This document shows, in pieces, positions 57,829 through 64,000 of a stretch of 64,000 bases of DNA (position 1 is the first letter of the stretch; every line of letters starts with the position of its first letter). The notes beneath the pieces were generated by a model. The model was given only the letters and a program-made list of their open reading frames with translations. It did no database searches and was not told the DNA's origin. The stretch covers positions 160,001-224,000 of the forward strand of contig JBJOMY010000001.1 of assembly GCA_046052125.1 (NCBI GenBank), in the 5' to 3' direction. The DNA comes from Cyanobacteriota bacterium (GTDB taxonomy: Bacteria > Cyanobacteriota > Cyanobacteriia > PCC-6307 > Cyanobiaceae). A program made the translations under genes and the position numbers.

Positions 57829-58476
57829 CTAGCGGCCACAGAGCTCTAGGCCATGGGTATCGGTTCCGCAACTTCGCAGAAGTGCGTGATCGTCGAGCAA
57901 TCGGGCGATCGCATCACACACCACCGGGGTGGGTTGCCAGTGGGGTTGCAGGTCGTAGTCGTAGTAGGCCTCCGCACCGTCAAAGCCCAGGGCGGCAGCA
58001 GCCGGAATCAGCCGTTGAAAGCTGAGCCGGTAGCGGCCTGGATGGGCCAGAACCGCCAGGCCGCCGGCGTCATGGATGCGGCGCACCACTTCGCGGGCCT
58101 GGAGCGGCTCCCCCACGGGAGCCTGTCCCTGGCGATAGGGATCGAGGGCGCTGTGCCCCGGTTCGAAACCGAGGGCCAACACGTGCACCAGGCAGCTCTC
58201 CAGAAGGCAGCTGATCTCCACGCCGCTCCACAGGGTGGGAACCACTGCCCCGGCATCGGCCTGCTCAGCAAACCAGCGCTGCAGGGGGGCAAACGCCTGC
58301 GTGGAGTGGTGGTCGGTCACCGCGAGGTGCTGCAAACCGACGATCAACGCCTGTTCGCCCAGCTGCTGCGGCCGCAGGCTGCCATCGCTGTGGATGGTGT
58401 GACAGTGGAAGTTCAGGGTGCTGGGGCAGCTGCCCGGTTGCACCTGCTCGAGCACCGCCCGCAGCGGGTGAGCCAT
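57829..58476 (-). CDS. PHP domain phosphoesterase
   Basis: 'HCHTIHSDG', 'VTDHH', 'LAHP', 'GTDTHG'. Confidence 0.9.
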   Translation of the reverse strand: MAHPLRAVLEQVQPGSCPSTLNFHCHTIHSDGSLRPQQLGEQALIVGLQHLAVTDHHSTQAFAPLQRWFAEQADAGAVVPTLWSGVEISCLLESCLVHVLALGFEPGHSALDPYRQGQAPVGEPLQAREVVRRIHDAGGLAVLAHPGRYRLSFQRLIPAAAALGFDGAEAYYDYDLQPHWQPTPVVCDAIARLLDDHALLRSCGTDTHGLELCGR

Positions 58477-58484
58477 GGCGATCC

Positions 58485-59078
58485 TTAAGCCGCGCCTGAG
58501 GCAGCTTCTCGTTCAGCCCGGAGACGGCGCCAGCGGGCATAGAACTGAATCGAAGCGGCCATGAACACCACCAGGGCCACGATGAACCAGGTGGCGGCGC
58601 CGGTGGGGAACTGGTTCTTAAACACCACCAGCATCACCACGATCACCAGCAGGAGCGTGGGCAGCTCGTTCAGGGCCCGCAGCTGCTTCGGGCTCCACCC
58701 GCAGGTTCCCGCCTGGAGCTGCCCCATCAGCCGATAGCAAAAGAAGTGATAGGCCAGCAGCGCCGCCACAAAGCCGAGCTTGGCGTGCATCCAGCCCTGC
58801 TGCAACCAGGCCGGGTTGCTCACCAACAGGCCCACGGCCATGGTCACCGCCACCACCATGCCAGGGGTGGTGATGATGTTGGCCAAGCGTTTCTCCATCA
58901 GGCCGTATTGGGCCTGAAAGGGCTCCCGCAGTGCCGGCTCCAGCTCTTCGGCTTCGCGGTGATAGATGAACAGCCGCACAAGATAGAAGAGCCCGGCAAA
59001 CCACACCACCACGCCCACGATGTGGAGCGTTTTGAACCAGAGGTAGGCCTCAGGGGGCAGGGCTGCCAGGGCGATCAC
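58485..59078 (-). CDS. hemJ: Protoporphyrinogen oxidase HemJ
   Basis: 'WFAGLFYLVRLFIYH', 'MEKRL', 'RALNELPT'. Confidence 0.95.
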   Translation of the reverse strand: MIALAALPPEAYLWFKTLHIVGVVVWFAGLFYLVRLFIYHREAEELEPALREPFQAQYGLMEKRLANIITTPGMVVAVTMAVGLLVSNPAWLQQGWMHAKLGFVAALLAYHFFCYRLMGQLQAGTCGWSPKQLRALNELPTLLLVIVVMLVVFKNQFPTGAATWFIVALVVFMAASIQFYARWRRLRAEREAASGAA

Positions 59079-59308
59079 AGTCCGGTGCCGAACAGGCCAT
59101 CAAGGTAAAGCTCGCGCACTTCAGGGCGTGCACCGCCCTGTTGCACCAGGAACTGAGCCAGGGCGGTCTGCAGCAGGCGGCCTGGATCGAGATTTGGGCG
59201 CTGAGCCACATAGCCCTCCACAGCACGAGCCAGATCGATCGGTAGCTCCACATCCAGGGCCCGCACCTCAGCGCCATCTGCACTAGGGGTAGTGGGGTCC
59301 TGGCTCAT
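59075..59308 (-). CDS. Small hypothetical protein (DUF2811-like)
   Basis: 'ELPIDL...RLLQTALAQFLVQQG...YLDGLF'. Confidence 0.65.
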   Translation of the reverse strand: MSQDPTTPSADGAEVRALDVELPIDLARAVEGYVAQRPNLDPGRLLQTALAQFLVQQGGARPEVRELYLDGLFGTGL

Positions 59309-59357
59309 CGTTCTAGATGTGGTGGCAGGCAAAGGATCCGCCGCGAGGATGCCCCTG

Positions 59358-60923
59358 TCAAGCAACCGTTGCAACCATTGCGTGGGCAGCCATCTCGCAA
59401 CGATGGCGCTCCGCGGCAGCGCGGATCAGCTCCAGTTCCTCAGCGGGCAGCTTCTCCAGCTGCTTCATCACCAGGCCCATGCGGGGATTGCGGCGCAGGC
59501 TCTCCTGATGCAGCGCCAGGAAATCCCAGTAGAGGCTGTTGAACGGGCAGGCCCGCTCGCCGTGGCGCTGTTTCACGTCGTAGCGGCAGCTCTGGCAGTA
59601 GCTGCTCATCCGCTTGATGTAGTTGCCACTGGCGGCGTAGGGCTTGCTGGCAAGCCGGCCGCCGTCGGCGAACACACCCATTCCGATCACGTTGGTCTGC
59701 ATCACCCAGTCGTGGCCGTCGATGAACATGCGGTGGAACCAGGCGGTGAGGGCCTGGGGGTTCAAGCCGGCGATCAGGCCGTAATTGGCCAGCACCATCA
59801 GGCGTTGGATGTGGTGGGCGTAGCCGCTGCTGCGCAACTCAGCGAACACCGTGTCGAGGCAGCGCAGCCCACTGCCCCCCAACTGCTCAAAACTCGCCGG
59901 CAGGGGTTGATCGGCCTCGAAGTGATTTAGGGCGGGATAGTCGGGTCCAAACCACTGGTAGAGACCGTGGGTGTACTCCCGCCAGCCCAGGATCTGGCGA
60001 ATCACCCCCTCCAGCCCAGCCAGCGGTACCTGCTGCTCCAACCCGGCCTGCTCCAACCGGCGGACCACCTCCAGCGGATGCAGTAACCCCAGGTTGAGAT
60101 AGGGCGAGAGCAGCGCATGCCAGAGCGTGGGCTCCCCCGTCACCATCGCGTCCTGGTAGGGCCCGAAACCGGCCAGGCGCGTAGCAATGAAATGCTCCAG
60201 CACCTCCAGCGCCTGCGCCCGGGTGACGGCCCAGCGGAACGGCTCAAGATCCCCAGGCAAGGCGGCGTGCCCATCCGCCTCGCGCTGCGCATCCAGCTGG
60301 CGCACCTTGTCGATCACTGCCTGGGTGATCGCATCCGGTTCAAACCACAACGGCTGCGGACCTTTGAGGCCCTTCGGCGGCGGTTTGCGGTTATCGGCAT
60401 CGAAATTCCACTGCCCACCGAGCGGCTGGGCGGCCTTGCCCGAGCCCTCCATCAACACGCCGAAGCGGCGGCGACTCTCCCGGTAAAACAGCTCCAGGCG
60501 CAGTTGCTTGTAGCCCGCGGCCCAAGCGGCGAAGTCGCGGCGGCTCCAGAGGAAGGCGTTGCTCGGCACCCACACCAGCGGCACAGGCAGTTGCAACCGC
60601 TCGATGGCGGCGCGGAACCCGCGATCGGCCGGTTCCATCACTCGCAGTTCGCGAATGCCGTTCGCCTCGATCCAAGCGCTCACGGCCTCGGAAAAGCGCT
60701 CGGTTTCGAGGTGATCCACCGTCCAGCCCTGCTCCTTGAGCTCGGCGGCGAAGTGGCGCATCGCGCTCCACACCAGCACCAGCTTCTGGCGGTGGTAGGC
60801 CCGCTGCTGAAGCACGGAGCTGCTTTCCACCAGCAACACCCTCGCCTGATCAGGGGCCAGTCCTGCGAGGGCCGCTTGTTCGCCGTTGAGCTGATCGCCC
60901 AGGACCCAGATTCCGATCGTCAT
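59358..60923 (-). CDS. FeS bacterial cryptochrome/(6-4) photolyase family protein
   Basis: 'LGDQL', 'AMRHFA', 'FGPYQDAM', 'YAHHIQRLM', C-terminal Cys cluster 'YCQSC...ACPF'. Confidence 0.92.
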   Translation of the reverse strand: MTIGIWVLGDQLNGEQAALAGLAPDQARVLLVESSSVLQQRAYHRQKLVLVWSAMRHFAAELKEQGWTVDHLETERFSEAVSAWIEANGIRELRVMEPADRGFRAAIERLQLPVPLVWVPSNAFLWSRRDFAAWAAGYKQLRLELFYRESRRRFGVLMEGSGKAAQPLGGQWNFDADNRKPPPKGLKGPQPLWFEPDAITQAVIDKVRQLDAQREADGHAALPGDLEPFRWAVTRAQALEVLEHFIATRLAGFGPYQDAMVTGEPTLWHALLSPYLNLGLLHPLEVVRRLEQAGLEQQVPLAGLEGVIRQILGWREYTHGLYQWFGPDYPALNHFEADQPLPASFEQLGGSGLRCLDTVFAELRSSGYAHHIQRLMVLANYGLIAGLNPQALTAWFHRMFIDGHDWVMQTNVIGMGVFADGGRLASKPYAASGNYIKRMSSYCQSCRYDVKQRHGERACPFNSLYWDFLALHQESLRRNPRMGLVMKQLEKLPAEELELIRAAAERHRCEMAAHAMVATVA

Positions 60924-60937
60924 CGCAGTCCCCCGGC

Positions 60938-61246
60938 TCAAGCCGCCGCTTCGCCCGCCAGCCGGCAGGCCTTGCGAGCCAGGGCTGCGGCATATCCCCG
61001 CTCCACCAGGCCGGCGGCCGGGCTGAGGGAACCGGTGCGGCAGTCAACGGTGAGGCGTTCGCGGTGACCGAGTTGATCGCTCACCCGCATGCGCAGCTGG
61101 AAGTGGTGCTTGGCGCTGCGGGTGATCTCATCACCGCAGATCGGCCCCACGCACAGGCCCGGTGCGGCAAACACCGGTGCTGCGATCCCCAGAGCCATGC
61201 ACAGAACAAGCAACAGCCCTGGTAGTCCGGAGCGGATCCTCTTCAA
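60938..61246 (-). CDS. Hypothetical secreted protein
   Basis: Signal peptide plus 'CVGPIC...VDC...AC'. Confidence 0.7.
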   Translation of the reverse strand: MKRIRSGLPGLLLVLCMALGIAAPVFAAPGLCVGPICGDEITRSAKHHFQLRMRVSDQLGHRERLTVDCRTGSLSPAAGLVERGYAAALARKACRLAGEAAA

Positions 61247-63288
61247 CCGGCCAGCTCCAGCGGAGCTTCATTCTCCAGCGCCGCCTCCAGCTCCGGTGCT
61301 TCGGCGCTGGCATCGGGGTGGAAGTAGTCCCACACCGCCTGGGCCAGGGCAGGCCCCATGCCCGGAGCGGCCGCCAAGCTCTCCACGCTGGCCAGCTGGA
61401 TCGCATCGATCGAGCGGAAATGGGCCAGCAACTCCTTAATCCGCTTCGGCCCTAAACCGGCGATATCAGAAAGCCTGGAGCGCTTCATCCGCTCACCGCG
61501 CTGCTGGCGGTGGAAGCTCACCGCAAAGCGGTGGGCCTCATCCCGCAGCCGCCGCAGCAATTGCACCCCCAACTGCTCCGGTTCGCTCTCCAGCGGTTGC
61601 TTGGCACCGGGCACAAACACCTCCTCGCGCTGCTTGGCGAGGGAGCACACCACCAGCTCCTCATCAAGATTGAGCTCCCGCAGGGCCTCCATCACGGCGG
61701 AGAGCTGGCCCTTACCGCCGTCGATCATCACCACATCGGGCCAGTCGTTGAGCCCGCCGGTGTGGAGTGCGCTGCCGGCGGAACGGCGCAGTTCGCGCAG
61801 GTCCGCCCCTTCCGCCTTGGCCTGCGACCAGCGGCGAAACCGACGGCGCATGATCTCCGCCATCGCCATGAAGTCGTCGGAGTGACCGGAGCGGATCGAG
61901 CTGCTCTGGATCTTGTATTTGCGGTAGTGCTGCTTGGCCGGCAAGCCATCGATAAACACCACCTGGGAGGCCACCGCATCGCTGCCCTGGATGTGGCTGA
62001 TGTCGTACCCCTCAATTCGTCGCGGCGGCGTAGGCAGCTCCAGCAACTGGGCCAGGTCCTCCGTGGCCAGCAGGTTCTGCTCACTAGCCCGGCGGGCCCG
62101 CTCCAGCTCATAGCTGGCATTGCGCGTCACCAGCTCGATCAGATCCGCCTTCTGGGAGCGCTGCGGCACGGCGAGTTTCACCTTGCGGCCCCGCAGTTCG
62201 CTCAACCACTCTTCAATCAGCTGTTGCTGGGGCAATGGCACCTGCAGCAGCAGCTCCGGCGGAATCTCCACCGGCTCCACCTGGCTGTAGTGCTCCTCGA
62301 TCACCGTTTGCAGGATGCGGCCGAGGGCCTCTGCGCGCTGCGGCGATGGGGGCAGATCGCCGCCGGCCCCTTCCTCCTGGGCGGGCATGCCAATCGCATC
62401 GGCGGTGAAGCCAAGCCGACCCACCAACTTGCCGGCGCGCATCTGAAACAGCTGCACCGCCGCCACCCGTTCATCCGCCGCCAGGGCGAGCACGTCGCGG
62501 CTCACGGAGCTGTCGCCCAGGCTCATCTTTTGATCGGCCGTGAGCGTGTCGATCCCCTGCAGCTGATCGCGCACCCGGGCTGCACTCTCGAAATCAAGGC
62601 GCTCGGCGTAGCGCTCCATCTGCTCATGCAGCAGCTGCAGCAATTCGTCGTTGCGGCCCTGGAACACCATCGCCACCTGGCGCAGGGTCCGGTGGTAGTC
62701 GTCCGAGCTGATCTTTTCCTGGCAGACGCCCGGGCAGCGGCCGATGTCGTAGTTGAGGCAAGTGCGGTCCTTATGCAGCGGCAGAGGCCGCTGACGCAGC
62801 GGGAACACCCGCTTCACCAAACCGAGGGTGCGGCGCAGCAGGCCCACATCCACATAGGGCCCGTAGAACCGATCCAGAGGGGAACGAAACCGTCGACGCC
62901 GCGTGATGAAGATGCGCGGGTAGGCCTCACTCCAGGTGATGCAGAGATACGGATATTTCTTGTCGTCCTTCAACAGCACATTGAAATGCGGCTGGTGGTT
63001 TTTAATCAGGTTCGATTCCAGCGCCAGCGCTTCGGCTTCGCTGTCGGTGACGATGAACTCGATCTCACACACCTGCCGCACCATCAGGGCGATGCGGGGG
63101 GAGTGGCCGTGGCCGCTGCCGCTCTGGAAATAGCTGCGCACGCGGTTGCGCAGCACCTTGGCTTTGCCGATGTAGAGGATGCGGTCCTCGCCATCGCGCA
63201 TCAGATAACACCCCGGTTCAGCGGGCACCTCCTTCAGGCGTGCCCGCAACCGCTCCTTGTCCTGGAGAAGAGGCTGAGTGGTGCTCAA
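61243..63288 (-). CDS. uvrC: Excinuclease ABC subunit C
   Basis: GIY-YIG 'GCYLM...YIGKAK', 'IEGYDISH', 'IDGGKGQ', 'RDEAHRFA'. Confidence 0.97.
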   Translation of the reverse strand: MSTTQPLLQDKERLRARLKEVPAEPGCYLMRDGEDRILYIGKAKVLRNRVRSYFQSGSGHGHSPRIALMVRQVCEIEFIVTDSEAEALALESNLIKNHQPHFNVLLKDDKKYPYLCITWSEAYPRIFITRRRRFRSPLDRFYGPYVDVGLLRRTLGLVKRVFPLRQRPLPLHKDRTCLNYDIGRCPGVCQEKISSDDYHRTLRQVAMVFQGRNDELLQLLHEQMERYAERLDFESAARVRDQLQGIDTLTADQKMSLGDSSVSRDVLALAADERVAAVQLFQMRAGKLVGRLGFTADAIGMPAQEEGAGGDLPPSPQRAEALGRILQTVIEEHYSQVEPVEIPPELLLQVPLPQQQLIEEWLSELRGRKVKLAVPQRSQKADLIELVTRNASYELERARRASEQNLLATEDLAQLLELPTPPRRIEGYDISHIQGSDAVASQVVFIDGLPAKQHYRKYKIQSSSIRSGHSDDFMAMAEIMRRRFRRWSQAKAEGADLRELRRSAGSALHTGGLNDWPDVVMIDGGKGQLSAVMEALRELNLDEELVVCSLAKQREEVFVPGAKQPLESEPEQLGVQLLRRLRDEAHRFAVSFHRQQRGERMKRSRLSDIAGLGPKRIKELLAHFRSIDAIQLASVESLAAAPGMGPALAQAVWDYFHPDASAEAPELEAALENEAPLELAG

Positions 63289-63298
63289 GAGGCGCAGC

Positions 63299-63781
63299 TC
63301 AGCCGCCGTACTGCCAGCCGGTGCTGCTCAACTCGAGGGCGGCGCCATCGCGGTGCAGCACGGCGCTCTTCACCTCACCCACGAACACGGTGTGATCGCC
63401 ATGGGCCACCTGACCCACCAGTTCGCACTCCACTGCGCCCAGGGCATCGTTCAGCAGGGGCAGGCCCAGCTCACCCAGTTGATAGGGGGCCGCATCAAAG
63501 CGGCCACCGATGCCCTTCTGGGGCTTGAAGAACACCGCGGCGAGATCCTTCTGATCGGCCGCGAGCACGTTGAGGGAGAAGCGACCGGTGCGCTGGATCA
63601 TGCCGTTGCTGGTGCTGTCGGCGCGCACGGCCATCACCACCAGGGGGGGCTCAAAGGACCCCTGGGTCACCCAGCTGGCGGTGAAGCCATTCACCTCATC
63701 CCCCTCGGCCACACCGCAGATGAACACGCCGTGGGGAATCTTGCGCAGCAGCGTCTTCTTGGCGTCGGCATTGAGGGCCAT
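63299..63781 (-). CDS. Flavin reductase family protein
   Basis: '[14 protein letters not shown]', '[10 protein letters not shown]'. Confidence 0.9.
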   Translation of the reverse strand: MALNADAKKTLLRKIPHGVFICGVAEGDEVNGFTASWVTQGSFEPPLVVMAVRADSTSNGMIQRTGRFSLNVLAADQKDLAAVFFKPQKGIGGRFDAAPYQLGELGLPLLNDALGAVECELVGQVAHGDHTVFVGEVKSAVLHRDGAALELSSTGWQYGG

Positions 63782-63824
63782 GGGCGGCAACGGGAGACTG
63801 GGAAAGGATCTCCACCAACTCTAG

Positions 63825-64000
<176 letters not shown>

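Noticed and set aside
48926..63528. Long antisense ORFs (48926-50605, 50729-52240, 55402-57213, 61510-63528)
   Set aside because: Shadows of metH, cobN and uvrC caused by high-GC codon bias.

Overview
GC-rich picocyanobacterial (Synechococcus/Cyanobium-like) chromosome segment in two parts. (1) Positions ~1-22262 are the right-hand part of an integrative element abutting the 3' end of a tRNA-Met(CAT) gene, and it runs off the left edge. It carries a tyrosine integrase and a complete replication module (wHTH initiator, DnaB-like helicase, DnaG primase) preceded by a 5x23-bp iteron array. It also carries a Rad52/Sak-Gp157-SLOG recombination operon behind a LexA-type box, two sigma-70 factors (one lacking region 4), an atypical LuxR-type regulator, two paralogous stand-alone AraC domains, a metallophosphoesterase, and cargo (DUF1611 + PLP racemase, rbp, hli). 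Several unannotated cis-elements are visible: a triple palindromic operator-like array, a 16-bp motif repeated three times upstream of genes, a ~135-nt rod hairpin with GNA mini-loops, and integrase arm-like repeats. No capsid, tail or conjugation genes lie in the visible part. (2) Positions ~22263-64000 are ordinary core genome (trmL, cobU, pxcA, psb32, lptC, metG, rnb, rpsR, rpmG, pheT, rlmD, apcD, sigF-type sigma, gpsA, metH, ilvE, cobN, hemJ, photolyase, uvrC, coaD). All calls come from motif recognition by eye; no searches were run.
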